Source: a virus (taxonomy: Duplodnaviria; Caudoviricetes). Taken from it: a DNA stretch of 45,355 bases. The stretch's first letter is position 1. Every line of letters starts with the position of its first letter. Location of the stretch: the IMG/VR virus record IMGVR_UViG_3300010362_000033, positions 1 through 45,355 of that record; one strand, given 5' to 3'. The notes beneath the pieces were generated by a model. That model searched no databases. It worked only from the letters and a program-made list of their open reading frames with translations, and was not told the origin of the DNA. A program made the position numbers and the translations under genes. Shown piece by piece: positions 33,997-42,919 of this stretch.

Positions 33997-34308
33997 GTTC
34001 AATCGGTTCCGATAGTTCCGTTGCTTGATGGCGCGTCGGGTCGATTCGTGTAACACCGCGTCGAGCGTGTCGTTGCGCCAGCCGTCTTTATGCAGCGAGA
34101 AGCGCGCCAGCACGACCGCTCGAATCGCATGCCACCGTGTGGCATCCCCGCACGCTTTCGCGAGAATCCGCTCGTCGTTCGGCAACGGTCCCCCGCGCAG
34201 ACATGCTTCGTCGAGCAGATTGCGGTACGCGCCCTGCTCTTCGAGCGTCATGTCGGTAAACGCGGTACTTTTTCGCCACCGGTCGACCCACCACCACAGC
34301 GCGCGCAT
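33961..34308 (-). CDS. DUF1376/YdaU-like replication initiator N-terminal domain
   Basis: MTLEEQGAYRNLLD...GGPLPNDERILAK...DGWRN motif. Confidence 0.8.
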   Translation of the reverse strand: MRALWWWVDRWRKSTAFTDMTLEEQGAYRNLLDEACLRGGPLPNDERILAKACGDATRWHAIRAVVLARFSLHKDGWRNDTLDAVLHESTRRAIKQRNYRNRLNGNGSGNGSGND

Positions 34309-34325
34309 GTTTCACCCGAGCTGGT

Positions 34326-34589
34326 TTAATTGACTGCATCGCTCGTCGGCGTCAGCGACGTCGCCCACAGCAGCAGCATCTCGTCGTACATCGCGGCGAT
34401 CTCGGCTTCGGTCGGGCGCACCAGACATTCCCACTCACGCTCGTCGCCGAGCGCGGTGACGTGCTGATCGATGAATTGCGCGCGACCCATGCGACGCAAG
34501 TCGTCGAACGTCAAACCGCGTTCTTGCCACAGGTGCCACGCGAACAGTGCGAGCTGCTGCACGGTCAGTCGTACGCGCATGCGTGTCAT
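34326..34589 (-). CDS. Hypothetical protein
   Basis: ORF with SD GAAGGGA upstream. Confidence 0.55.
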   Translation of the reverse strand: MTRMRVRLTVQQLALFAWHLWQERGLTFDDLRRMGRAQFIDQHVTALGDEREWECLVRPTEAEIAAMYDEMLLLWATSLTPTSDAVN

Positions 34590-34605
34590 GTCATCCCTTC
34601 TTCAG

Positions 34606-34770
34606 TCACGAATCACCCCGTAAGCGATGCAGCGTCGGCGTCGTCACGACATCGGCGCGACGCCGCACACGACCCCAGCGCCCGAACTCGCGAATCGGAA
34701 ACGACGGCAGCGCGACCCGCTGCGCCTGCGCGAAGCGCCACCGTGCGACGAGCCATCGGCAGAACGCCAT
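34606..34770 (-). CDS. Small Arg-rich hypothetical protein
   Basis: TGATG coupling to the upstream ORF. Confidence 0.35.
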   Translation of the reverse strand: MAFCRWLVARWRFAQAQRVALPSFPIREFGRWGRVRRRADVVTTPTLHRLRGDS

Positions 34771-34976
34771 CACGACGCCAGCTCGAAGAGCGCCAGCTGC
34801 GGCGCCGGTTCCGCTGCGGTCTCGAAGCGTGGCGGCTCGTGTGCCGTCGACCAGCTGATTGACCCGCGATTCGCGCACGTCGTGCACCGATAAACGAACT
34901 CACGCCGATTGCTCGTCGGCAGAATCACGACCAGCGCGCCGCAGTCATCGCACGGCATCGTCGAGCGTTGCGTCAT
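34770..34976 (-). CDS. Small Zn-ribbon protein
   Basis: CDDCG...CTTC. Confidence 0.5.
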   Translation of the reverse strand: MTQRSTMPCDDCGALVVILPTSNRREFVYRCTTCANRGSISWSTAHEPPRFETAAEPAPQLALFELAS

Positions 34977-35167
34977 AACGACCGGCGCCGGCGTTCACGC
35001 CAGCGGCGCCCCTGCGATGCATCCCAGCGCCGTTCGTGCCCCGGCGCACGCCGATCCGCGAGCACACGTCGATCCGGTCCGGCGTAGCACGAGACGGTCG
35101 CCGGCGGTTCTGGCGTGCCGCTCCAATAGCGGCGATAGTCAGCCGCGCGCACGAGACAGGTGCTCAC
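34973..35167 (-). CDS. Small hypothetical protein
   Basis: YAGPDRR..DRR...ERR motif; coupled ORF. Confidence 0.4.
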   Translation of the reverse strand: MSTCLVRAADYRRYWSGTPEPPATVSCYAGPDRRVLADRRAPGHERRWDASQGRRWRERRRRSL

Positions 35168-36129
35168 TTGATCGGTCCGTGCTTCGCGGCGTCATGAAAC
35201 TCGATGCTTTCGAGCCACGCTTCGCCCTTCACCGGCGGTTCTTTCGGCGACGTTGCGACTTTGATCGGCACGCCGAACGTCTCTGCGCGTTCGAGCTGTG
35301 AGCCGCGCGGCTGCTTCGTCGCGACCTTCAGCGAGCCGCCTTGTGCGTCGTAATTGAGCAGCACGGCTTCGTGCATGCCGTTGCGTGCGGTGTATTTGTA
35401 GTTTTTTACAAAGTGAAACCCCGGCGGCGCGACTTCGTGCCAACTGGTGACGCCGCGCTCGGCGTCATCGCGTGCGGCCACGACTGCGGCTGCGTAGGTG
35501 GCGCGCTCGTCGAGCGTGCGCACCGGTGGCGGCTCGACGACGACGTCGGCTTGCGCCATTTCGTCAGCGGTATAGATGCCGCTCAGCTGTTTCGGAAAGG
35601 CTTTTCGCAGCGCGAGCGCTTCGGCGCACTTCGCGATCTGGTTCGCCGGCATCTTGCGCCACATCTGATTCGGCTTGCCGTCTTTGGTCGTCTGCACGTA
35701 CTCGCGATACTTCGCGACCGCCGGGAAAAAGTGCGCGCAGCCCCGGCGATAGACGCGCACGCGCGCGGCGACCGGCGGCAGCTCGTCGTCGAGCCAGACG
35801 TCGAGCCACTGCCCATCAGCCCCGCACCACTCGACGTCTTGCCCGTCCATCTCGCCGGTGCGATCTGCGACGACCCGAAAGCCGTCAATCGTCGTCTCGG
35901 CGCGCCCGACTTCTTCGTAGTCGTTGAGTTTGCTATTCCACTGCCGACGCTTTGAGAAGTAGATCTGCCGGTCGAATGGGTCGAGTCCGGTGCGCTGGCA
36001 CTGCGCAAGAAAGAGCTTCAGCTCGTCGTCGGTCGCATCGCGCGCAATCGTGCGCTTGATGAGCGCGATCTGCGACTCGGTGAAACTCACCTGCACCGTC
36101 GTCCGTTCGGCGAGCGCGGTCGTTGTCAT
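35164..36129 (-). CDS. bet: Phage single-strand annealing recombinase (Bet/RecT family)
   Basis: ATDDELKLFLAQCQRTGLDPFDRQIY, IDGFRVVA, W.KMP..QIAKCAEALALRKAFP..LSGIYT.DEM. Confidence 0.92.
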   Translation of the reverse strand: MTTTALAERTTVQVSFTESQIALIKRTIARDATDDELKLFLAQCQRTGLDPFDRQIYFSKRRQWNSKLNDYEEVGRAETTIDGFRVVADRTGEMDGQDVEWCGADGQWLDVWLDDELPPVAARVRVYRRGCAHFFPAVAKYREYVQTTKDGKPNQMWRKMPANQIAKCAEALALRKAFPKQLSGIYTADEMAQADVVVEPPPVRTLDERATYAAAVVAARDDAERGVTSWHEVAPPGFHFVKNYKYTARNGMHEAVLLNYDAQGGSLKVATKQPRGSQLERAETFGVPIKVATSPKEPPVKGEAWLESIEFHDAAKHGPIK

Positions 36130-36139
36130 CGGTGCCCCC

Positions 36140-36541
36140 TTACTTGACGCCCACGAAGATCGATGGCGGCGTCGGAATCGCGCGCGCGACCGGTCGCCAC
36201 AAGTGCAAGGTGTATGGATGCTGATTGATGTATTCCGACTCGCGCGGGTGCAGCTGCATGACGACGTCGTCACCGTCCCAAAAGAGACGCTTGACGAAGT
36301 TCATCTCTTTCCACGTCGGCGTACGCTGCCGGTTGTCGGCGTGCTCGCGATAGGCGTGCACGCTCACGTGCTCCCACGGCTCGAACTCACCGTCGGCGTC
36401 GGCGCCGTCGGAAGCGAGAATCGCCAGCCGCCATCCCGGTTCCGGGGAATCGAGATCGAAGGCGCCGTTGTTGCCGTCGTCGGTCGTCGACCCTAGCAAC
36501 GGATGATCGACAATGCGTGATCGTTCAGGGACGTGAAACAT
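36140..36541 (-). CDS. Conserved phage protein (WEHVSV...PTW.EM...LHP...HLW family)
   Basis: WEHVSVH...RTPTWKEMNFVKRLFW...MQLHPRESEYINQHPYTLHLWRP. Confidence 0.75.
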   Translation of the reverse strand: MFHVPERSRIVDHPLLGSTTDDGNNGAFDLDSPEPGWRLAILASDGADADGEFEPWEHVSVHAYREHADNRQRTPTWKEMNFVKRLFWDGDDVVMQLHPRESEYINQHPYTLHLWRPVARAIPTPPSIFVGVK

Positions 36542-36552
36542 ACAGCGCACTC

Positions 36553-36768
36553 CTACAGGTGTCGCGCGACCGTCGACGCGCGGCGCCCCCACTGACCGGC
36601 GAGATACTGATCGACGAGATCGGCGCGATAGCGCCGGTTGTGACCGAGACGCGGCAGAAGCTCGACCAAAAACGGCAGGTCATGCTGTCGCAGCAGTCGT
36701 TCAAAGGTCGTCTTTGGCATCTGCAACAGCACGAGCAGCTGCGCGACGGTGTAGCAGCGCGACGCCAT
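36553..36768 (-). CDS. Excisionase-like winged HTH protein
   Basis: YTVAQLLVLLQMPKTTFERLLR...RRYRADLVDQYL. Confidence 0.65.
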   Translation of the reverse strand: MASRCYTVAQLLVLLQMPKTTFERLLRQHDLPFLVELLPRLGHNRRYRADLVDQYLAGQWGRRASTVARHL

Positions 36769-36769
36769 A

Positions 36770-37057
36770 TCAGCCGCCGACCGTGCAGCGATTGCGCGCG
36801 GCTTCGCGTGCGCGAATGATGTTCAGGAAGCGACGGATCTTGAAGTCGGTACGGTCGAAATGCCGGCGCCCCTCAGGATTCCGTACGCACAGCTCATAGA
36901 GCGTCGAGCGCGAGATCGCACAGCCGACGTTCGTCATCGCCTGCGATAGCTGCTGAAAGCTCCAGTCTTTCTCGATGCGGTACGCGTTGAGCGCTTCGAC
37001 TTCTGGTGTCATGTCAGGCACACCCCTACACCACTGCTGAGATAGATCCGTATTCAT
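36770..37057 (-). CDS. Cro-like HTH regulator
   Basis: YRIEKDWSFQQLSQAM...ISRSTLYEL; divergent from the repressor. Confidence 0.7.
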   Translation of the reverse strand: MNTDLSQQWCRGVPDMTPEVEALNAYRIEKDWSFQQLSQAMTNVGCAISRSTLYELCVRNPEGRRHFDRTDFKIRRFLNIIRAREAARNRCTVGG

Positions 37058-37261
37058 GTGTGTCTGGATTCGCTGCGCTTATGGTAGAGTCGCGCAAAAG
37101 TTCGTTTTGCGCGTTACTCCGTTGAGAACGCTGACTGTATGGCCCAGTTTTTTACGAGTCAATCGGTAAAAGTACTAGTCGAGAAATTAGTGTGCGGTTT
37201 GTCTTTTTTGTACAATGCTGCCGATAAGTGCTGTAGACTCCGCGCCATACAGTGACCTCAC
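37058..37261. promoter_or_regulatory. Divergent cI/cro control region
   Basis: AT-richer intergenic gap between divergent HTH genes; inverted repeat CGCGCAAAA-N5-TTTTGCGCG at 37091-37113. Confidence 0.55.
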
Positions 37262-37708
37262 ATGACGACACCTTTTGCGAAGCTATTGGCTGAGCTGGTT
37301 CGAGACTACGGGTCGACAAAAGCTGAATTCGCTGCGGCAGCAAAACTGAATTCGTCGCAACTCAGTCGGCTGCTACGACCGTCTTTGCAGTCCGCGCAAC
37401 GTCATCACGCACACGCCGATGTCGTGACGTGTCTCCGCATCGCGAAGATCAGCAACTGCTCCGGGTCGAAGGTGCTGCGCGCCGCTGGTCTCAGCGACGT
37501 CGCCGACTTGATCGAAGACTTGTACGGAGAAGCCGCCGAACGTCGCTTGAACAATGCCGTCATTCAGCCGACACAGAATGAAAGTCGGCATCTCGTCGAA
37601 TGGCGACAGCTGACACCGAGTCTGCGTAAAGCCATCGGCACGTTGATTCATGGTGCCGTCACTGCACTTCTCGAAAAATCGTCATCACGCGCCAAAGAAT
37701 TGGCCTAA
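37262..37708 (+). CDS. CI-like XRE HTH repressor (no peptidase domain seen)
   Basis: TKAEFAAAAKLNSSQLSRLL...TCLRIAK HTH. Confidence 0.7.
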   Translation: MTTPFAKLLAELVRDYGSTKAEFAAAAKLNSSQLSRLLRPSLQSAQRHHAHADVVTCLRIAKISNCSGSKVLRAAGLSDVADLIEDLYGEAAERRLNNAVIQPTQNESRHLVEWRQLTPSLRKAIGTLIHGAVTALLEKSSSRAKELA

Positions 37709-37729
37709 ATATGTCTGGGAGTTTGAAGA

Positions 37730-37942
37730 GTGAAACGTGTCACCCGTCGCCAGCTCGCGCAGCTGTGGATGCCGCCATGCGCGCGCAAAGCCGCTGCCGA
37801 GCAACGGCGTCGAGATCGATGGATCAAAGACTTTCTTGCGAAGCTCGAAAAGGTCTCACCCGAAGTCCGTCGCGCCGTCTATGTCTTGCTTCGCGAGTTC
37901 GACCGACTACCTCACACACAGAACCGAAAGGGATCACGATGA
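37730..37942 (+). CDS. Hypothetical protein
   Basis: 70-aa ORF with ATGA coupling to the next gene. Confidence 0.45.
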   Translation: MKRVTRRQLAQLWMPPCARKAAAEQRRRDRWIKDFLAKLEKVSPEVRRAVYVLLREFDRLPHTQNRKGSR

Positions 37943-38460
37943 ATCTGTCCGTCAAGGTGCTAGGTCAGTCGACGGTGTCGCAGCTGCAAGAACGCGCATC
38001 GACACCCGTCCTGCGCATCGGTGCTGATGCGTTCACACGACACGATCTCGCAGCGGTCGACTGTTTCAATTTCACCGCTGCCGCGAACCTGTCGCGCATT
38101 CTCAATGCCGAACTCCGCGTCAAGAATACGCGCGATGTCTTCGACAACATCGACCCGACGGGGCTTGTCTTGCCACGTCTCGGCGCCGTCTCGCTCGCCG
38201 TACTCGGCGCCGCGTTCGAAGCGAAGCAGCTCGGCGGCGAGCGTTCACTCGAAGCATGGGTCGTCAAGCACCGCGCAAAAGATGCGAAGCGCGAGTTCGT
38301 CACCTTCGATTCGATGAAACAGAAATATCACCGCGACGCGCTCGCTGCCGCGAACGAGCGCAAAGATGAGAAGCGACGGAAGTCGACGCGACGGAATCAG
38401 GCGCACCGTCTGCGGGTCGACCGGCATCAATCGCGCCTGCAGCAAAGCAGTGAATCATGA
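37939..38460 (+). CDS. Hypothetical protein
   Basis: ATG after SD GAAAGGGA; basic C-terminus. Confidence 0.65.
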   Translation: MNLSVKVLGQSTVSQLQERASTPVLRIGADAFTRHDLAAVDCFNFTAAANLSRILNAELRVKNTRDVFDNIDPTGLVLPRLGAVSLAVLGAAFEAKQLGGERSLEAWVVKHRAKDAKREFVTFDSMKQKYHRDALAAANERKDEKRRKSTRRNQAHRLRVDRHQSRLQQSSES

Positions 38461-38900
38461 ATAACGGCAACAGCAACGGCAACGGTCACGTGACGGGTAA
38501 TCCGAGTCTCGCAAAACGATTCGACCGCAAGATCGAAGAACTCGAAAGTCAGGTCAATGCACTGCGCATCTCACGCGCGTTGCTGTATGGTGACGCGCTC
38601 ACGACCAAACGCAAGCGCACAACGAGCATGATCGACGAAGCAATCGCACTGAACGAGACGCGGCTCGCTGGACGAAGACGCAAGCACGCACCGGGGTCCG
38701 CTGCTGGCAAGTTCAGCAAGCGCAGTCTGAAAGAACGCCGGCAGGCATCAGCGGACTATTTAGCCGAGTTCAGCACGACGACACCACGACCGGCCCCTGA
38801 CTCGAATCGACGCGGCGTCGGCTCGCTCGTGCGACGTGGGTACCTTGTGCGACGCGGCAACAAAGGCTATCTGCGCACCAGCAAAGAGTACGTCGTTTAA
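38457..38900 (+). CDS. Hypothetical basic protein with possible C-terminal winged helix
   Basis: Coiled coil followed by GVGSLVRRGYLVRRGNKGY. Confidence 0.6.
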   Translation: MNNGNSNGNGHVTGNPSLAKRFDRKIEELESQVNALRISRALLYGDALTTKRKRTTSMIDEAIALNETRLAGRRRKHAPGSAAGKFSKRSLKERRQASADYLAEFSTTTPRPAPDSNRRGVGSLVRRGYLVRRGNKGYLRTSKEYVV

Positions 38901-38995
38901 CCGTGTATACTCACGCGTTCAGTCAGTCGACCCGTGCACCGACTGCCGGCGGCGCGCCATGCGTGCCGGTCGGGACCAATACAAGGAAAGAGACC

Positions 38996-39373
38996 ATGCA
39001 AGTGCAGATCATTCGCACAGACGGCACTGAAGAGACTGTCGAGCTGCCGCTCAACAAAGTCTTTGCGGAGATCGAACGACTGATTCATGCGACCGCGCTC
39101 GACACGGTGAACTTGCGCGACGGTCGTGTGATGCTCGTCGATGATCATGGGTACGACATCACGCTGATTGAGCATGGCCCCGGCGTGGCGTCCATCAGCG
39201 GCATCGAGCAGTACTTTAACTTTCGGACCGAACGACGACCCACGCGCGCGCGTAAACCGGTGAATCCGAAAGCGACCGCGCTCTATCAGCGAGTCTGCGT
39301 CCCCGGCACAACACATCAGATTGTCGGTGACGTTGCGATAGTGGTCGACGCTGAGTTCGACACGTCGAACTAA
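38996..39373 (+). CDS. DUF3846-like hypothetical protein
   Basis: IIRTDG...MLVDDHG...PVNPKATALY...IVGDVAIV; SD AAGGAAAG. Confidence 0.65.
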   Translation: MQVQIIRTDGTEETVELPLNKVFAEIERLIHATALDTVNLRDGRVMLVDDHGYDITLIEHGPGVASISGIEQYFNFRTERRPTRARKPVNPKATALYQRVCVPGTTHQIVGDVAIVVDAEFDTSN

Positions 39374-39438
39374 AACTAGCGTTCTATATCCAGACAGTTT
39401 CGACACAACTGCTTTATGGCCGTTGTGAGAATGGATCT

Positions 39439-39744
39439 ATGCCCAGACCACGACGATTCGCCCATCTCGCCCTTATTGTCTTGATCTTTACCGCCGGTGT
39501 GACTGTCTATGAATTGAAGTTCGAGATCTCGCGCCACCGACCGATTGCGTCGGTCATACTCGCGTTGCTGTTATTTCTGACGGTGTTCTTGATGTGGGCA
39601 ATGCTGGCGCTCGATGAATGGCGGCAGCAGTTCATGCGCCGCGTCGACGCCGAGCAAAACCTAACGCGCGCGTTAACCGAGCGTGTCGAGCATGGCCCCG
39701 GCGAGACCGTGATCATCGACGACGCCGCTGAGACGGAACCGTGA
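39439..39744 (+). CDS. Two-TM membrane protein
   Basis: Two hydrophobic stretches. Confidence 0.55.
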   Translation: MPRPRRFAHLALIVLIFTAGVTVYELKFEISRHRPIASVILALLLFLTVFLMWAMLALDEWRQQFMRRVDAEQNLTRALTERVEHGPGETVIIDDAAETEP

Positions 39745-40010
39745 ACGACGACAAGTCGACGCTCGCGTACGTGCAGTCCCTGATCGACGCGATGTCGGCA
39801 GCTGACGCGGCATTGCTGCGCGCGATTCATAGCGAGCGTGACCCCGCAGTCGGGGTCACGTTATTGATGGCGTACTACGACGATCTTGACCGCGCTGAGC
39901 GCACGCCGCGAGACTTGATCTATTACCATCTCGGCATGCTCGCGTCGCTGGCACAACGGTGTCTGGCGGCACTCCCGCACGTGCGCCGGCCAGACACCAC
40001 GATGCACTGA
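39741..40010 (+). CDS. Hypothetical protein
   Basis: GTGA-coupled ORF. Confidence 0.5.
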   Translation: MNDDKSTLAYVQSLIDAMSAADAALLRAIHSERDPAVGVTLLMAYYDDLDRAERTPRDLIYYHLGMLASLAQRCLAALPHVRRPDTTMH

Positions 40011-40025
40011 GCCAGCGCGTACCGG

Positions 40026-40283
40026 TCAGCCTGACGTGTCTTTGCGCTTCGACGGAAACCGCGCAATAACCCGACTGTCCGCAAGGAAGCGACCTTGCGC
40101 ATTGATCAAGCTCACGATGACGGCTTTCGTGAGCGGCACGAGTACCCACTCTTCGACTTCGACGACTTCGCCGGCTGGCGCATACTCGCGCGCAGCGCGA
40201 CGGCCTTCGCGCAGCGCTTCGCCTTTCGTCGCGTAGCAGGTGTCCGGCTCGCCGTCTTTCGCATCGACCGCATAGACGCGCAT
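40026..40283 (-). CDS. Hypothetical protein
   Basis: ATG with SD GAAGGGAAG. Confidence 0.55.
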   Translation of the reverse strand: MRVYAVDAKDGEPDTCYATKGEALREGRRAAREYAPAGEVVEVEEWVLVPLTKAVIVSLINAQGRFLADSRVIARFPSKRKDTSG

Positions 40284-40287
40284 CGGA

Positions 40288-40473
40288 TCACTTCCCTTCG
40301 GCGCGACTGGTGGCAATTTCGAGCGTGTGCAGCCCGACGCGCGCATACAGATTCACCAGCCGTGCGACGACCCAGCGCATCGAACGCCCTTCACGCTTCG
40401 CCCGTGCGAGCGCATCGGCGAAGTCGCGCGACTCGTCTGGTGTCAGGTCTCGCAAGATGTACGAACTCGGCAT
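40288..40473 (-). CDS. Ribbon-helix-helix (Arc-like) DNA-binding protein
   Basis: MPSSYILRDLTPDESRDFADALARAKREGRSMRWVVARLV. Confidence 0.6.
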   Translation of the reverse strand: MPSSYILRDLTPDESRDFADALARAKREGRSMRWVVARLVNLYARVGLHTLEIATSRAEGK

Positions 40474-40491
40474 GACGTCTTCTCTCCCTTG

Positions 40492-40524
40492 AAAAAAGGG
40501 GCTGGCGCGCTCGGCGCCGGCCCC
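40492..40524 (-). terminator. Rho-independent terminator
   Basis: GGGGCCGGCGC...GCGCCAGCCCC stem followed by T6 on the minus strand. Confidence 0.7.
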
Positions 40525-40532
40525 GTCGTTGA

Positions 40533-41123
40533 CTACGCGTACCAGCTGCAGTAATGCTCGCGACCGGTCTCGACCGATGCGTGATGACCCTTGATGACAA
40601 GGCAATAGCCCTGCTCGCCGTTCATCTGCGCGGTGTGCATCGTCTCTTCGCCGACGAACCGGATCGGCATCGCTGGCCACGTCTTGCCGCTCATGAAGCC
40701 GGTCTGCTCGATGTCAGCGGCGATCTCGCGAACCCAGACGCGCTTGCCCGAGACCTTCGTCACGACGAAGAAGTCGACGTTCGTCTGGTCGTAACCCCAC
40801 GACGTATTGAGAATGTCGCCGACCTTCGCGGTATTGACCCATGCGCGCTTCTCGGCGGCTTTCTTCGCGCGGTAGTCAGCGGACTGCTGCAAGCTCCGGT
40901 GAAATGCTGCGACGTGCTCGGCGCGCTGCTCGGCGTTCTTGTAGGAGTGATGCCATTCCGAGCGCGCTGCGCTGCCGCGAAAGGCGACCGCGTAGCAGGT
41001 GCCCTTCTCGCTTTCGTAGGTGTAAACGGCGCCGCCAGCCGGACCAGCGACGAGCCGCGAATTTTTCGGGATGTAGAGTTGCCGAAGGGTCAGTCGTTCT
41101 GCTTTGTTCGTGGGTCTTCTCAT
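40533..41123 (-). CDS. Hypothetical phage protein
   Basis: KVGDILNTSWGYDQTNVDFFVV motif; SD AGGAG; own promoter. Confidence 0.75.
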   Translation of the reverse strand: MRRPTNKAERLTLRQLYIPKNSRLVAGPAGGAVYTYESEKGTCYAVAFRGSAARSEWHHSYKNAEQRAEHVAAFHRSLQQSADYRAKKAAEKRAWVNTAKVGDILNTSWGYDQTNVDFFVVTKVSGKRVWVREIAADIEQTGFMSGKTWPAMPIRFVGEETMHTAQMNGEQGYCLVIKGHHASVETGREHYCSWYA

Positions 41124-41164
41124 GTGCTCTCAGCTCCTGAATTGAAGCCGGCGTAATTGCCGTG

Positions 41165-41203
41165 ACAAGAACAATGATAAGCCGACGCTTATCGCTTGTC
41201 AAG
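41165..41203 (-). promoter_or_regulatory. Sigma70 promoter/operator repeat type B, copy 1
   Basis: TTGACA-17nt-TATCAT with palindrome GATAAGC-N4-GCTTATC; identical 39-mer at 41508-41546. Confidence 0.85.
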
Positions 41204-41211
41204 CCCCGGCC

Positions 41212-41239
41212 AAAATAAAAAAGCCGGCGGTCAGCCGGC
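41212..41239 (-). terminator. Rho-independent terminator
   Basis: AGCCGGC-loop-GCCGGCT followed by TTTTTATTTT on the minus strand. Confidence 0.6.
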
Positions 41240-41266
41240 TCGGGGTCGACGCGACGAGCGGTGAGC

Positions 41267-41467
41267 CTAGCGGCTCACCGGCTCGCATTTCGCAGGGTCA
41301 GCGACCCACTTGCCGCCCCGCACCTTGCCGTCGTGTCCGACGGCTTTGAGAATCGGCCAGCCCGTCTGATCGCTCGGTCTGCCGTCGGCAGCGGCGAAGA
41401 ATCCGACGACCTTCGCCGTCGTGTTGAAGTTGACGACGACCGACCCGAGCGAAAGAACGTTGGCCAT
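41267..41467 (-). CDS. Small hypothetical protein
   Basis: MANVLSLGS...; SD AAAGGGGG; own promoter. Confidence 0.6.
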   Translation of the reverse strand: MANVLSLGSVVVNFNTTAKVVGFFAAADGRPSDQTGWPILKAVGHDGKVRGGKWVADPAKCEPVSR

Positions 41468-41507
41468 GTGGCCCCCTTTGGAAGTGATGCCGGCGTCATT
41501 GCCGCTC

Positions 41508-41546
41508 ACAAGAACAATGATAAGCCGACGCTTATCGCTTGTCAAG
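41508..41546 (-). promoter_or_regulatory. Sigma70 promoter/operator repeat type B, copy 2
   Basis: Identical to 41165-41203. Confidence 0.85.
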
Positions 41547-41590
41547 GGTCTGCGGCGCCTTCGGCAAAAATAATTCCTGTGGTCAGACTG

Positions 41591-41619
41591 TTGACAAACC
41601 CCAGCGCTGCGTATACCAT
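41591..41619 (+). promoter_or_regulatory. Sigma70 promoter/operator repeat type A, copy 1
   Basis: TTGACA-AACCCCAGCGCTGCGTA-TACCAT. Confidence 0.85.
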
Positions 41620-41666
41620 TCATTCATCGGGCAATGACGCCCACACAAAAGACCGGAGCGGACACA

Positions 41667-41975
41667 ATGGCTTACGAAACAAAAACGGCAATCGTCAACG
41701 GCATCACGATCAACTATCCAGCGTCCCCACTCCCGACCCCCGAGCGCGTCGCCGAACTCGACGCAGCCTTCAAGCGTGTACAGAACCGGGAACACTGGAA
41801 AGGCGCCATCGACTGCGTCGTCGAGATTCTGACGAATGGCGACCTTGCCACGATTCTTGAAGCCATCGAGTTCTACACGGCCACGACTGGCACGGTGACG
41901 CCAATCGGCGAGATCGGCAAGACCACGACGTTTCGCGTGACGGCGCCGGGGTACTGGGCTGGTCCCGCGAACTAA
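41667..41975 (+). CDS. Hypothetical protein
   Basis: MAYETKTAIV...WKGAID...AIEFYT...VTAPGYWAGP; SD GGAG. Confidence 0.7.
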   Translation: MAYETKTAIVNGITINYPASPLPTPERVAELDAAFKRVQNREHWKGAIDCVVEILTNGDLATILEAIEFYTATTGTVTPIGEIGKTTTFRVTAPGYWAGPAN

Positions 41976-42001
41976 ACAGATCACGGACCCAGCGCTAGGA
42001 G

Positions 42002-42030
42002 TTGACAAACCCCAGCGCTGGGTATACAGT
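42002..42030 (+). promoter_or_regulatory. Promoter/operator repeat type A, copy 2
   Basis: TTGACA-AACCCCAGCGCTGGGTA-TACAGT, with an extra operator-like CCCAGCGCTAGG just upstream. Confidence 0.85.
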
Positions 42031-42037
42031 AGTGCTC

Positions 42038-42271
42038 ATGAACAACACAGCCTATCTCGTGACCCCAAAATCTCTTCTCTCTTCATTCATCCTAGAGGCT
42101 GATCGCCTCTACTTCTCTACTCCCGTCGTCGTGGAACTTCTCTACTCGGAGACTTCCACAAAACTTCTCTTCGTGCGCGACCCCCACCGGGGTCACATCT
42201 ACCCCACTAACCCCAAATTCATCAGGGAGACCCCCACAAAAAAATTTCCCCGTCCCAGCGCTGGGGGTTGA
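42038..42271 (+). CDS. Hypothetical protein (probably leaderless)
   Basis: ATG 8 nt after the -10 box. Confidence 0.5.
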   Translation: MNNTAYLVTPKSLLSSFILEADRLYFSTPVVVELLYSETSTKLLFVRDPHRGHIYPTNPKFIRETPTKKFPRPSAGG

Positions 42272-42296
42272 CAAACCCCAGCGCTGGACTTACACT
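42268..42296 (+). promoter_or_regulatory. Promoter/operator repeat type A, copy 3
   Basis: TTGACA-AACCCCAGCGCTGGACT-TACACT, with an extra CCCAGCGCTGGG upstream. Confidence 0.85.
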
Positions 42297-42303
42297 GTCT
42301 TAC

Positions 42304-42468
42304 ATGACACAGCGAATTGACGACGGCACCTTCACCCCCGGCGACGCGGTGACCTACAACGGCAAGCCGGCGGTGTTCGTCTCGCGCACGGTCAAGCACC
42401 GAGAGATTGAAGTCGACGGCAAGAGACTGTTCGTCACGGCATGGCGGGTCAAACCCGCCAGCCGGTAA
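42304..42468 (+). CDS. Small SH3-like hypothetical protein (probably leaderless)
   Basis: MTQRIDDGTFTPGDAVTYNGK...; ATG 8 nt after the -10 box. Confidence 0.55.
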   Translation: MTQRIDDGTFTPGDAVTYNGKPAVFVSRTVKHREIEVDGKRLFVTAWRVKPASR

Positions 42469-42491
42469 CCCCAAAGGGAGAGAGACCAAAA

Positions 42492-42845
42492 ATGACACCG
42501 ACCTTCGAAGTTATCAACGTTGAATTCAGCAAGGGGCTGTACGACTCACAGCAGATCGCGCTCGCCGATGCGTGGCAATTCTTCGAAGACGAGAACTATA
42601 GGTATCACCCCCAGCGCGCATTCTGCCGGAACCTGACGGACGGCTCGACGTTCTGGACGTTCGCCAAAGCGTGGATGGTCTGGGATGCCACGATGCAGCG
42701 GTACCGCCTGACCCGGATCGGTCTCGGCGCCTACAGTGACGGTGGCCCCGAGAATCCTGCGCTCGTCGGCTGGCGCTCGCAGCTGCGCGCACGGCTCGTC
42801 GACGGCGCCGGCTGGGTCAGTGGCATCAATTGGCCCACCGAGTAA
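42492..42845 (+). CDS. Hypothetical protein
   Basis: SD GGGAG; followed by hairpin GGGCTGTCA-TCTTCGGG-TGACAGCCC. Confidence 0.65.
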   Translation: MTPTFEVINVEFSKGLYDSQQIALADAWQFFEDENYRYHPQRAFCRNLTDGSTFWTFAKAWMVWDATMQRYRLTRIGLGAYSDGGPENPALVGWRSQLRARLVDGAGWVSGINWPTE

Positions 42846-42919
42846 GCGCCGGCGAAAGGGCTGTCATCTTCGGGTGACAGCCCCCCACCAAAAATATTTA
42901 GCCACCCCTTGCCAGACTG

